A stretch of DNA of 64,000 nt. Origin: Yuukianura sp. NJ FZ-2021 (lineage: Eukaryota). The notes below the pieces were generated by a model. It ran no database searches, was not told the origin of the DNA, and worked only from the letters and a program-made list of their open reading frames with translations. The translations under genes and the position numbers were made by a program. Below are positions 40,601 through 53,720 of this stretch, in pieces. The stretch lies in NCBI GenBank assembly GCA_046563655.1, contig CM102290.1, positions 3,410,001 to 3,474,000 of the forward strand. The letters are read 5' to 3'. Numbering within the stretch: position 1 is the first letter of the stretch; each line of letters opens with the position of its first letter.

Positions 40601-43600
40601 GGAAGGAGAAGAATGGAGAGAGCTAAAGTAAGCGGCGGGAGTTTTCAAATTGAAACTTTCTCTCCTTCTCTTTTTTGGTTTTTGAAAAGTGTTGCTATCG
40701 TCTCCCTTTCACTCTTTTGCCACTTTGTTCAACAAAGTTCGACATGCGTCTCCCTCCCATTCTAACTCTTGCGTAGTCCAAGGCTTAAGAGTCACAGAAT
40801 CATTTAATCACTGTCAGAAAAAGAAAAAGTTTTTGTTTGGATTTGAATAGGGTAGGGAAGGAGAGAAGGGGAGGGAGAAAGTAGTATAGTGTTACCTCCG
40901 ACGGAGTTTCCACTGCCTATGTTTTAATGAACTTGTTGGCCTTGAGTTGATAGCCTCTAAGAAGGTATTATTCCAAATCCAGAATCAGCCTCTCTCTCTT
41001 TCTCTATTTTAATTCTCAAAGTTTTCGTTTTTGGTTGTAACAAGGGTTGTGTCGTCGTTTTGCGAAATGTGGAAATCAGAAGGAGAAAGTGGAGGAGTTA
41101 ACTGCCAGTGCTACTTAGGAGTTACTTAGTTAGGAAGTGGAGGAAGCAAGGGGTCATGGCACTTTGACTGTTTTAAGCATTTCAAATCCCCGCCAGTTCA
41201 AAAAGTTCAAAGGCAATTAAATTTCTAGAAAGTCTTCGCATGTCTTTTCTGCTTCCTTCTTCTTGTGCTGCTGCTCTTGTCTAATCTTAATCCTCAGAGA
41301 CCTCCCTCTGCCTTTGCTCTCTTATTACACCAAGTCAAGTGTTGGGACTTTAATTAAAGTACAGAAAAGTGACAGGCCGAAAGTTCACTCCTTTGATCAT
41401 CGGGCTAGAGACAGGCGAAAATTGACCCTTGACACATCCTCACCGTATGGAACATGAACACACTTGAAATACATACTCCAAAAGGCACTCTCCGTCAATG
41501 GGATCCTCTACGACCTCCTACACGTTTTCTTTTGGCAACGTTTTCAGTCTATTTTTTTTAAATTCTTAGGTTCACCTAAAAGTAATTTTTCTAAAGAAAT
41601 TTTTTTTTCTCAAGCTATACGCACTTTTGGAATTTTCAAAATGCCTTGCTCAGTTTTTAGAGGTCAGAGATAACTAACCAAACTCAACCATGATCTGGAC
41701 CCTAACTTTTCATGCGTAATCCCAGCTCATAGTTAACTAGCCCAACTTAATTTAACTTAGCCTTGAGTCTAACTTTTGATGCATCATACGTAACCTATTC
41801 TTAACACGCATTTTAAAGTGGACGCTGCCTAATTTGTTGTGTCGTTTACTGATTTCTTAACAGTCGAGTTCAGATCAATCCAGAGCTATTTTTTTATTGT
41901 GACAGTAGATTGAGTGAAGTTGTTTTAAAAACTTAACGCAGCGAAAATTGGTTTGTGGTGCAAAGAACGTGTGTCCTTGAACTCCGTAGCAGCATTAGCC
42001 ATGAAGTTGAACGTATCTTCTAAGTAAAGTTACAGTTGGGCAGATATTTTGGCACTGTCTCAAATCATAGTTGGGCAGCCGTATATGATTGAATTGAGCC
42101 CTTCCGGGCCAAGTTCTTGTGTTAGTATAACTTTTCGGGTTGTATGGAGGCCAAAAGCGTCTTGGAAGGCGTATGTATCGATCCAAGGAAAACGGGATAG
42201 TCCTGGCTGTATATCCTTTGGCTTCCGAATGGCTTTCCCTTTCACTTTTTCTTCGTCTGAGGAGAAGATGTACCCAGGCTAGAAGGAAAAAACTCCAGTT
42301 CTCACTTTTCGTCGGAGGAGAAAGTGCGTTTTGTGCACGCGTTCTTGTGCGGACTAACGCGAGAACGGATAGGCCGTAAGGCACAGACAGACAGAAGGGA
42401 ACAAGAAACCTGGCGCCTTGTTTTTTGATTCCATTTCGTTTTGCTCATTTCCTTCCATGGAGAAAAAAGCAGAAGAAGAAAATATAGATGGATACACTCG
42501 AGCCTTTCACCCTTGTTTCCGCTTTCTTTTTTGGAAGAAAACAAGACAACAAAAGTTTGTTTCTCTTCTTTCCCTGCGCATTCGAGTCTTAATTTTCTCC
42601 TCGTGGAGATAAATTGAATGATGAATTATAATCAGACTTTCACTCATTAGTTTCCTTATTTTGCCCGCGGAGAAAAAAAACCGGCCGTTACTAACTGAAT
42701 CAAGGTTTCGGGGAAGACGGAGGGAGTAAGTATCTGCTGGGGAGAAGTTGAAAAAATTCTGGAGGGTTTTTTTTCATACTAAAGTAAAAGTGAAACTAAC
42801 CCCTCGCGCTAGATCCTCCTTTCACTTTAATTAATTTTGTTCCTAAAATTTAAAATTAGCTCCAAGCATATTTTTTCCGTGCCTTCTTCTCGTTTAAATT
42901 AGAAGGAAAAGTGAAAGTGAGAATTGAACAAATTTTTTCTACTTTTCCGTTGTCACTATGCCCATTGCCTGGAGCCAAAAGTTGGGTGGAAAAAATTCGT
43001 GTTATTAAAAAAGTTAACTTTTTTGAAATTTTTTCTTCACTTTTTTCATTTGTGAGAGGAGTCTTATTTTATGGAGATTGTAAAAGCGTCGTGTAAGGTA
43101 AAAACAGATTATGGAATTGAAGTGAAAAATTGTTTTTGAGCATGTGCGGAGGGTATAAGCTTTTTTCTTGTGCAATTTGAAGATGATGTTGAGATTGTTT
43201 AGGATTTAGGAATCCGTCTTTTAAGTATTAATCATCGGCCTGTCGTGGAAGAGAGGGTAGAAATGTTAAGGCTTAAGAAATTAGAAAATGGTGGAAAGTT
43301 TTGGCACGAAAATTTAAAAAAAAAAACTTTCCGTTGCCGCTGTCACCCACAAAAAAAAGTGAAAGAAGCTTGTACGGGTAGACGATTCACAGAGGGCTTA
43401 AGGATTTTTTTTTTTTGCAGAAAAAAGGAAAAAGAAAAACAGTTGAGATTTTGAAAATAGTAGTTTTTCCCTGCGTCCTTCGTCGTTTCCTCCCTAAAAC
43501 TTTTATTGACAACAAATGAATAATGAATTTCTTTCTCCACATACAAAGCACATTGTTCCTTTTCCACTTTTGAGGATTTTCTTTTTGCATAAGCTCTCTG

Positions 43601-46600
43601 CTCTCGACTACTTCTCTGCTCCATTGTGTTTCGGCTTTGCTTTTTCTTTTCATCCAGCAGCCCTTTCATATTTTTTGATGTTGCGTCCACCAGATTTATA
43701 CGCATATTATTCATATTACACTTTTCATTACTTTTTTATGTACAGGAATTGGGCGTGTCTCTGCCTTTGCCGAAAGGAACTTTCCCGGGGTGCACGATTT
43801 AAAAAATGCAAAGGCGCGGTTTTATTTTGATTTTTTTCAATGCGAATTTCTCCTTCACATACCTACCCTCATGATGACATAAAATTTGGACGGCTTCTAA
43901 ATGAAAGGGGGAACTTTTTAAAGATTTTTTTTCTTTTAATGGCACGTTTTTTTAGTAAGTATAGAAGTAGAAAGTTTGAATTTGAAGGTTTGTTGTGCAT
44001 TGAGCATAGCGTATAGTTAAGACCAGGGAGAAAGTGGGCTAAAGTTGGCTGTCAAGGCGTAGAAGATGGATGGACTTGGAAGTCTCGTGAGGGAAGCGTA
44101 TTAAGGGAAGGAAAGGAAGCCCCCCACTCATGATTAGCTCAGATTTTTTTTCCTTACGGTTTCTTCCACGTGTAGACTTTAATTTAGGCATGGGGAATAG
44201 TATAACCTACCCTTATTTGAACAACCTTGTGTACAAACCTAACCTTACTTTAGTTGTTTCTACAACCGGGGAAACATACCTTAAAACACACAAGAGTAAC
44301 GTGTCTAACGGCATAACGTATGGTTATAACCCCACTTGTGCCGCCTCTACTTTGACCATGGGGTTTTGAAGGTAGACGAAGATATATGATTACACTAGTA
44401 ATTACTAATTAGAACGCTCCCTTCACTTTCACTTCTCTCCTGCCCAAGGTCTCTAATGGTACAGCAGAGGGATATAATCAACAAAAGTGAGCGTTTGAAC
44501 GCTAACGACAACGTCGCTTTTACGCTTCCCGCAGCTAAGGTTAGGTTAAAACCTAGCCTAACCTTCTCTGTCTCCTTTGCTTTAGCTGCTGGCTGTTGCT
44601 CATTCCCTTTTAGCCTAGGAAATCAGGTCTTGTCAATATTTGTCTTCAACTCTTCCCAAGTAGTGGCTACCACTGTGACTCAAAACTGCGGGTTTTTTAC
44701 TTTATTTCTTGGCGACTACTTCCGGAGGAGGTCCTCGAACTCCCGCCTTTCTCCAACTTTCACTTCGCATTCACCATTTTCTCAGCGTTCACTTCCTCTT
44801 CCAGCTCTATTACTTCTACTTGTTCCGCCTGCACTAAGTCCTATGCTACTTTTTTTTAACATGTTTCCTTTTTTGACTACACTTTTGCATTGCACTACAC
44901 TAGAGCAATTTTTAGCATTTTACTTACTGTAATTCGTTCCCCCCTCCTCCTCCCCCCTCCCCCCTTAATTCTGGTGTTTTTTTTTGGGTTATGTGTTTTG
45001 CATGTTTCTTTTTTGTTGGTTCATGTCCATTTTTCTTGGTGTTTGCTCTGGATCCTGCCTTTCACCGTCATGTCTTGCTTTGAGTTTACTACTTTCTTGT
45101 AGGACATGCGAGGAGGTTCGTGGCTGTTGTTTACAAGGATTTGGCCAGTTTTGACTGTTTACTATTTTATTTGACGCGCTCAATTTGACCAGTGTCTGCT
45201 GTCCTTCGTTCCCATTTTCGGAAAACATCCAACTCCAAAGTTCTTTACAATTTCTTTTTTGGAAATGGGGAAGAGGAGGCGGGAGAAAGTTAGATTGTGT
45301 GGACAGTTGAGAGTGAAAGCGACTGTCTTTTGCTGGATGCTTGGTTCTTTGAAGGCACCTTAACATTGAAAAGTCTATGTGGGGAACGCCCTCATCCATT
45401 ATGCTTCACGAATGTGTAGCCAAGTAATAATGCTCCAGGGGTACTTTCCCAAGGCACAGGGACAGGCGTTGGACTTTTGTAGGTTGGAGAAAGTGCAGTG
45501 GAGGACTTCCAGTAGTGCGGAAGTGGGAGTCTAAATGGGTGCAGAGCATTGATCCTTAGTATAGCAAGCCTAACTCTTATGTTTTTCCTAGGTTAAGTAA
45601 TACTAGGTCGTATGCTAGTTCCTTACTCCTCAGGCATTGCTCTACTCCGGCTCCTAAACTTCCCACTTTCACTCACTTTTACTCTTAAGCCTACTTTTAA
45701 TGCAATGGGATTCTTAATCGACGTGGATTTCATTAAAATTAGCGAATTTTAACGAAAGTTAAATTGTTAGAATTAACATTTTTAAAATTGACATTTTTAG
45801 AGTTTTAGGATTTGTTGATTTGGATTTTTAAAAACTGTTTTCCATCATGAGATACAAAGTAAAACCGGAAAGGAAAATCATGAATGATTAAAATCGACAT
45901 TTACATGGACTGATTTTAATCAGCCCTTGTCACTGTGAAGTTAGATACGAAAGTGGTTGAGAAAACGAGATTCGTAACTTGTGCAGAAAACGGACAACAA
46001 ACAAAAGCTTTGTAGCTCAAACAAGGGACTTTTCCCTTTGAAATACACAGCACGTAGACTTTACTCATCGCTTTCGGAAGTCATTATCTCACTTTTCAAC
46101 TGCTAGATTTGAATCCAACTGTACTGTGTTAATATGTTAACCAAAGTCAAATTCAAAGTTTGGCTGTTTTTAGACATACATAACCAACAAGCCGCTAAAA
46201 AAGAAAAGGCAAGCGGTGCATAAACTGAACCGCATGTACAATTTTAGGGTCGGTAGAAGCGATTACAACAACGGTTTGAGTACCCGCCAAAAAATGAATC
46301 CAAGCCCTGACTCATTTCCGGTTTAAAATTGGTAGCACCCAAAGTTTTTTGGAGCTTAACGTTAGTAAAAGTCCTTCTGTACAGTTCTGTACAGAAGTTG
46401 TACAGAGGCGTAAAATGTTGAAGTTGGTGGAGATTTTGGTGGACCTACTTGTTCAGTCAAAGCACTCCCTTCCGGCAACTTCATTACTATGTGTGTAGGG
46501 TGTGCGGAGCAGAGAAAGCGGGAAAAGCTAAAGAATTCAAAGGATTTTGAGTTTTGAGAATGGCGGGGCGGAATGGAGGAATGTAGTAGTCCTCTTTTTG

Positions 46601-49600
46601 TGGGAAGATCAAATGAGTCAAAACACTATTTTCGCTTGGAGCATAGCAACAAGGCACAAACGAAACTTTCTCCTCAGCTACCAAGGATAACGATGAGCCC
46701 TACAACCCTTACGCACATTTAATTTCTCTTTTATAGGCAGATAATGCGGAGAAATTTGAATTAAATTTCATAAATTCCAGGCAGAAGTTCTTCCTGCCCG
46801 TTCCCATTTCAATTTTGGTTCGTGCTGGACATGGCCTTTTGTGTTTTGTAATATGTACTGCAAGACTCCTTAAAACTTGGCTAATAAAACTTTTCTGGGG
46901 AGTATTAGAAAGTAGAATTTTGAAATTAGAACTAGACGGCTGCTTGTCGTACCATCGTTTGCAATCAGCAAGTATAGTTAATAATTTTGAAGTTTTTTGA
47001 TGAATTTGAAAGGGAAGGGGAGAAATCCAATAATTTTGGAAAAGGCCCAAAGGGAGAAATTTTATTTGTTGAAAATTTAGAGAAGGAAACAAATCCCGAA
47101 CTTTCTCATTTCTCCCTCCTACTCCTCCTCTCTGTAATAAAAATTGAACCCATGATTACATTTGTCAGTTGAAATTTGAATTTTGTACTTTTAGTTTATT
47201 TCGAGAACGTTTCAAGGGGAAGGGAAATCAAATAAAGTTAAAATAGTTAGATTACATAGGTGGTATAGGGTTGTATCGAAGATGAAACGGAGAGGGTGAA
47301 TTTAAATTTTAAGAGTTAGTTCTACCTAGTACCAGAGTCCTTGAACAGTTTTTTCTTCTTGTGGATTCAAACGGTTTCAAATCCTTTGAAAATTCTGAAC
47401 TCCAAGTTTTTCGGGCTTAAGGGCATATTTGGACTCCTGCTGATTGTTGCTCGAAATCAGCAGGAAGTCGGTTCCTTTTTTGGTTTGCCTTAAGGAGAGG
47501 AGGGCCCTTCGATAGTCCACAAAAGACGAAAAGAAACGAATTGGAGCCTTAAAAATATTCTGAGTAAAGTTGAAAGTTTAAATCCTTCCGACGAGGAAAT
47601 TCTTTCAAGAAGATGAGGTTCCATTTGGACGTAGGTTATGGCTCATTTTGACATTAGTGATTTTTTGCGATATTTTTTGTTTGTTTTGTTGGAGATTGAA
47701 ATATAAGTTTTGTTTTGTGGTGAAATGGAAGAGTGTTTTGTGCTTTAGTAAATTATTGTGATCTTTTCAAGTGTCAGTTCTCATTTTGACGACAAACGTT
47801 TCCCTTTGAAATGAAACACTGTTGGGACAGAACCATTTGAACTGGAACAGGGAGTGAGGCTAATCTGGTTTAATTAGGCAGGTAATGCCATATTCATTGT
47901 TTAGACACTTCAATTTAAATTGTCCTTTTCGACTGTCTAGTATTTTCAACTCCAACTCGTAATTTTGCATTCTCGGCGTCCTATTCCTTCATGGACAAAT
48001 TTCAAGGTTTCTACTTGAAACTGAATTTGTCTCTGACAAACGTTCGAATTCGTTCTCAATTCAGTTTGAACAGGGTCGTCGGCATCGCAGCGGAAAAGAA
48101 CGTTTCTGTGGTAACGAGAAGCCGAAGCCTTATAAGATTTTACATAAGAGTCATGATGACCATTTTTCTGTATTTGGAACATCCGTTGATGTGTCTTTTT
48201 GATTTTTTTTTCTGTGAATGAAAAAAAAAGTGAAAGGAAAAAAAATGAAAGCGGAGATGGAGCGGAGCCTGTTCGGAAATTGGCAGTTTTTCTGCAAAAA
48301 AAAAATAGAAGTAATTAACACTGTGTGGCTTCGTTCAGCCCTAGATAGAGTTACGAAGAAAACAATTTTCCTTAAGTTGTTTTTTTTTGTGTTAAAACAA
48401 ACGAAAAATATCGAAAAGTATATGTGCTGCTTTTTTTTTTCTGGGAATAATTTTTTTTTGTGTTTTTTTTATACTCGCTTTGCTGTAGTTTCTGGCATTG
48501 ACTCATCCATGTTCCATTAGTATTCTGCGTATTTTTCGGATTCTTGTGCTAAAGCTTAGGCGGTTTGCTATGTAGTTAGCCGTTGAACATAACATCGTTG
48601 CATTACTGAAGTAAAAATGAAAGAGGAAAAAGCAGCATACCACTGCAAGTTAGACGAGGAAATCACATTACTAAGCTTCGTCTCTCAAGGATTGACTTTC
48701 ACTTTCTCATTTGTCCCAACAAAAATTCTCATTCAACTGGAACGAAAGTTACGACGACACCACAGTCACGGATTTTATTCTTATGGGTTTGTCATTTTAC
48801 GAAAAAAAATTGTGAGTTTGAGTTACAGTGTCAAATGACTTCAAAATCATTTTTCAACTTTTTTTTTCTTCTCTGAAGGAGAAAGGTTTTCAATTTGGAA
48901 AATGTCATTTGCCATTGCTGCTATTTGATTCTGGGTAAATTGTTTTTTGATTTAGGTGAATTTTTTAATTTAGCTGAAAGAATGTTCAGGTGAATGAGTT
49001 TCAATTTTGGAATGGTTCATACGCAACAGTGCAACAAAATTTGAACTGAAAGTTCAAATACTACAGTACGAAAGATTGGTAAAAAGAGAAAGTTAGAATT
49101 GGATTTAGTGGCCCATGGTTCTGTTTGAATTTTTTTCGTTGTGTGAGTTGCTGTGGTTGGTTGAAGATTGAAGTTGACTAGGATCGATTCTCAGGGAGTA
49201 TGTAGTAGGATGGGGGAAAGTGAGATTTGGTGAAAGCAGGGAAAGGCGGCAGAGGATATTTCGGGTGACCAGAGATTATTGACTCAAAGTTAAAATGGAA
49301 TTCAGCCTCATCTCCACTCGCTCTCCCTAACTCCCCGCCCCTCAAACGTTGAAATCTTCATTTGGTCTTCAAATAGACACAACATAGAAAGTAGGGGAGA
49401 AAGCAAACAATGTGGAAAGAGAATTTAAGTTTAGGCAATGTTTGTATCCTAACATCCATCTCACTCTAGTCTCATTAATGAAATCGACCTATGACCTGGG
49501 TTCCCCTCATCAGACTCTCTCAGGCGGAAACTTCAATTTGAGTCAACCAAAGCTTTGGATACTTAATTTTACTCTGATTATAACTTCGGAAGTACAGCGC

Positions 49601-52554
49601 ACGTTTGCAGCAGCCTCGAATCAGTTTCAAAAGCGCAGGATTTGGCAAATTAATTTCAACATAAGAGAATTTTGCGTTTTTCCTACTCGTCGTTTCTTTT
49701 GTTGTTCGAATTTTTTTTTATGAGGAGGTGCTGTGTTATACAAAAGAAAAAATAATGTCCGGTCGTAAGATGTTTTTATTTGGCGGGAACGGAAAAACGA
49801 ATTCGAACTATGAAATGGTGGAGATGAAAAGTTGATTTTTTGTTTGAAAAAGTGGACAACATGGTTTTTGAGTCTAAGCGGTTTGTGACTTCTGGTTCCA
49901 CTTGTTGTTCATCCAGCAGTGTACCATGGAGGTGGTGAAACTGAATTGATTTCCCATTCTTCTTTCTCTTGCATGTTCCAAAAGCATTAAAATTGTGAGT
50001 CTAGATTCTAATGTTCTTGCCATAAGGAACCTTCTGGACCTAACTCAACAACAAACACTGAACAAAAAACTATAAAAAGTTGACTTGTCATTTGCTGCCA
50101 CCTTAACTAAAGCCTTACTCGTCTTTTGTGAATCTTATATGTTTCCTGGGTAGTTGTAGTAGACTTGAGTACTGTTTTGAAACCCATTAACACCCTGCTA
50201 CGAAAATTCAATATCTATTGAAAGTCTTTTTGGCTTTTTTCGAAATCAATAGTAATCAACGGAACATGGAACAGGAATTAACCTTGACCAGTTTCAATTT
50301 TGTAAGGCGTAAATTTTTAATTCGAACCCAGAAAACTAATTCAGCGTACGCAACGTTATTCTGTCTTCTCGAAAAACAAAGTTCTGACGTAAAAATGAAT
50401 ACCTAAACTGATTACCGGGGTGGCAAAGATTGACCAGGACAGGTTGGGTTGGGAATTAGGTTAGATGCAAGGTGGGCTGAGACTAGGGACACTTGTGTTT
50501 CCCAGACTACGGAGTATCCATGACAACCAGTTCACAACTGCCTTATATTTTATCTTTGCGTCGTTTCTTAGCTTCTTTGCTACTTTCCAAGTCTCTTCCA
50601 ACTTTCTTTGTTAAGGATGAGCACTGCTGTGTACATGACCAGAAGAGAAAATCCAAATCGGTGTGATAAGAACTTTCCCTCGTTTTTGTCCAAGTGGAAC
50701 GACACTGCCAACGATCCTACTGTGGCCCTTAAACTCAAATCTGGTGGTTCCTTAAGTGTCTTCGTTGGGGGACGACGACAAAAACGCCTCCTTGGAAAAA
50801 TTTCTATGATCACTACAGTTCCTCCGTCTTCTTCTTCCTCCCTCAAATGGGCCTGTGTCTCTTGTATCATAAGTTTAAGAGGGGAAGATCGTTCTGATAA
50901 GGGCCCCCTCCACTTTCACTTTTTTAAGCTTCCCTCCTCCATTCCCTTATCGGAAGGCTCCCTTAAAACCCCACTTTTAAAAAAGGCTCAGCAGAATCCC
51001 AATTTCCCGCCTTTTCCCCCGCTTCCACATTACTTTTCCCTCCAACCTAAGGCCCCCTCCCCTCCTCCTCCTAAAAATTTTGATGAAATTATGCTCCTCG
51101 TAGTAGGTCTCCTTTACTTTCTCTTTTGCATATTTTGCTCATCAAATTCGGACCAGGAGGCAAGTTAAGGCTTTGACTTTTCCTGCCTCCCAGCTTTCCT
51201 GCTCTCCCTCCTTTTGTCCTTCCCGTCCTCTTTTTTTGCATCTCCACTTGCTTATATGCTTGTCTAGAAATTTTTTTGTGTCTAAAAAAGTTTTAGCATT
51301 GAAAAAGACGAAGTGTCTTCTTGCTGTTGCTGGTGAAATAGGACTTTTGTGCTGTTTGGCTTGGTGGGGAGAGGGAAGTAGAGAAAGTGCGAGATAAAAG
51401 AATATCAACTTTCTCTTTTCTTTTTTTTTCTTCTTCTTGTGGAAACGACGCCGTGCTGCCGTGTTTTGTGCACACAAAGGATCCGCTTCTAACAGAAATT
51501 ATCTGGAGAGAAGAGAAATGGACGCTCCACTTCCCATTTGGAAATTGGAGCGCTCCAATCACCGTTTTGTTCTCAAAACACAAAAAAAATCACGTGGACC
51601 AACACGAACAATTTCTGTCAGCTTTTCTTCCTTTGTGAGAAGTTTCAAAAGAGACTGCAATGCTGAAAAAGTAATGCCTTCCCTGTTGTATTTTGCTTGG
51701 TCAAAAATCAGTGTTTGGCATTCGGAAACAGGAAACTGTAGTGCGTGGAAAAATTTAGCACCTTTTTAGTACTATGCATAAATGCCTCTTTTGTCTTTCG
51801 CGTGAAAAGGGCATAGATTTATGAAAGGATTGTTCGTACGAACACACAAAAAATAAAAGAATTGTGCACGTTTTCAAAATTTTGGGAATTCGTATAGCGG
51901 AATTTAGAGAAACGAATAACAGAAATGAATGCCGCTTGAAGCAGGAAGGTTGCGCATTTGGAATTTTTATTGAATTAGCCATTACAGCTGAGGCACTTTA
52001 CTTGCATTTTGAAAAGTTTCTCGAAAGTGAAAGTGGGAAAAGGTTTTGCGTAAAAGCTTTACTTCCTTTGTGGAAATTTCTAAACATTTAATATTAGTAA
52101 AGAGGGAGTGAAAGTTGGTTTTGGTTTGAAAAGTGACGTTGGTGGTGGTGGGTTGTTTGGAAGATGCTGCTGCGTTAAAGTGTTGAGGTAGTAACAAAAC
52201 TTTGAAGCTCTGTGCTCTCCTTTTGTAAGGTTTTTAAGAGAATCTTGGGTTTGTACTTCCTGTTCCTAGAAAGTTGTTTATTGAAGCTTGTCCTTTGAGT
52301 GAAAGGCGCCTAGTGGGTTTTGAATGGAAAGAGAAAGTAGTGGGAGAAAGTGGTCCAAATTCAATTAAAGGTCCATTAGGAATATGCATCAACAGACGGA
52401 TGATTCCGTTGTGCTGCTGGAGAAGCGATTAAGGTCACAATTCAGGCTGTTTCCAACCCAAATACGCTCCTTTCAGCCTTATCCTGTGCTTCTTCTTTGA
52501 TACATCTCTGCCACTTCCAACAAATCTGAGGGTTTGTTGTAAGTAGCGAAAGGA

Positions 52555-52680
52555 AATTCAAGTGCGTAGGCAGAAAGATTTGCACTTCCCGTCAAACCGG
52601 AAATCGATTGGTTACAGAGTTATAGTGTCCGACAAACAGACAGACAGACTCGGGGAAAAGCATAAAATAGCTCTTACTTT
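52555..52680 (+). mobile_element. Possible Helitron/Helentron-type (HINE-like) fragment
   Basis: aaatcgattggttacagagttatag followed by a (caga)n tract resembles the ends of arthropod non-autonomous rolling-circle elements. Resemblance only. Confidence 0.3.
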
Positions 52681-53534
52681 CGCAACTTAATAATGAATTT
52701 TTGCCTTGTTTTGTACTTGGTATAATTATTTACATTAGAAAAATTTATGTGTAATCGATTAGAACAGATTGCTGTTGACCAAGTTGCCGTTCCGCAGTTA
52801 CTTTTTTGTCCCTCGTCTTGTTTCAGTTGGGAAAGTTGCTTTTCGGATTTATTATCCAGACATGAACGAAGGACTTGGAAGAACGAAGATGACGGCACAC
52901 ACTTTTCCATTTCAACTAGCACAAGACTCTTTTTTTTCTACTTTTGCCAAAGTGGAGGCAGGCGCCAATATTTGAGTTTGCCTTCCTGTTGCATTTGGAC
53001 TTCCAAAAAAGTTTTAGAAAGACTTCTTAAATATGAGCCACCAGCACCAGACAACTTTCGAACGAAAAACTCAAATCCAACAAGTTTTAAGCGTTTTTTT
53101 TCCTTAAAAAGAAGCTGAACAAACTAATAAGATACGAGATCTCTTATGTCATTGCCTTGTAGGCTAATGGTATATCAATTTTCTGTGTTCGGGGTTGGTG
53201 GTGTACGAAATGGGCCATAAATTACACTATTTCTGGTTAAAAGAAAACACCACTTTTGGTTTTGTTTGGAAATGGAAGTTTTTGAACAGGCGCGCGGCAA
53301 AAAGTTTAATCTGAAATCAATTTGGACAAATGAGGCAGGGAGATGCAGAGACTAAAAATAGAAACAAAATGGAGTGTGCATGTTTACTGTTTAGCATCCA
53401 GGCGCAAAATATGTTTCAAGATTTTTAACTTGAAAAAGATGTTTCAACATTTTGAATACTGGGGTATTGCTTTATAAATTGCGCATTTTGAAAATGTTCT
53501 GTTTGAGCATGTTTTTTGATTTGTTCCGTAGGCA

Positions 53535-53720
53535 ATGGGGCTGAGGAAGTTCTATGGAGCTGTGATTGTGGTGACAACGCTTTTGTGCTACTACAACAGT
53601 CTCAACTGTGGATTCGTCTTTGACGACATTTCGGCCATTAAGGACAACAAGGACTTGCGGCCTACGACGTCCTGGAAGAATCTGTTCCTCAACGACTACT
53701 GGGGTTCACCCATGCACAAG
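53535..53720 (+). CDS. TMTC3: Protein O-mannosyltransferase TMTC3-like, coding exon 1
   Basis: [62 protein letters not shown] matches the TMTC3 N-terminus (CY.NSL.CGFVFDD.SAI.DNKDL.P, ND.WG.PM). Acceptor ttccgtag ends 53531, donor AAG|GTACGT at 53721. Confidence 0.95.

Noticed and set aside
47432..47469. Hairpin with partial miR-315-like sequence
   Set aside because: The stem is only ~11-14 bp, the similar bases fall in the loop, and the seed differs.
44456..51168. 158-aa (44456) and 186-aa (50608) ORFs and other short intronic ORFs
   Set aside because: Low-complexity F/L/S/K/P composition mirrors T/A/C tracts, with no recognisable domain or consistent splice signals.
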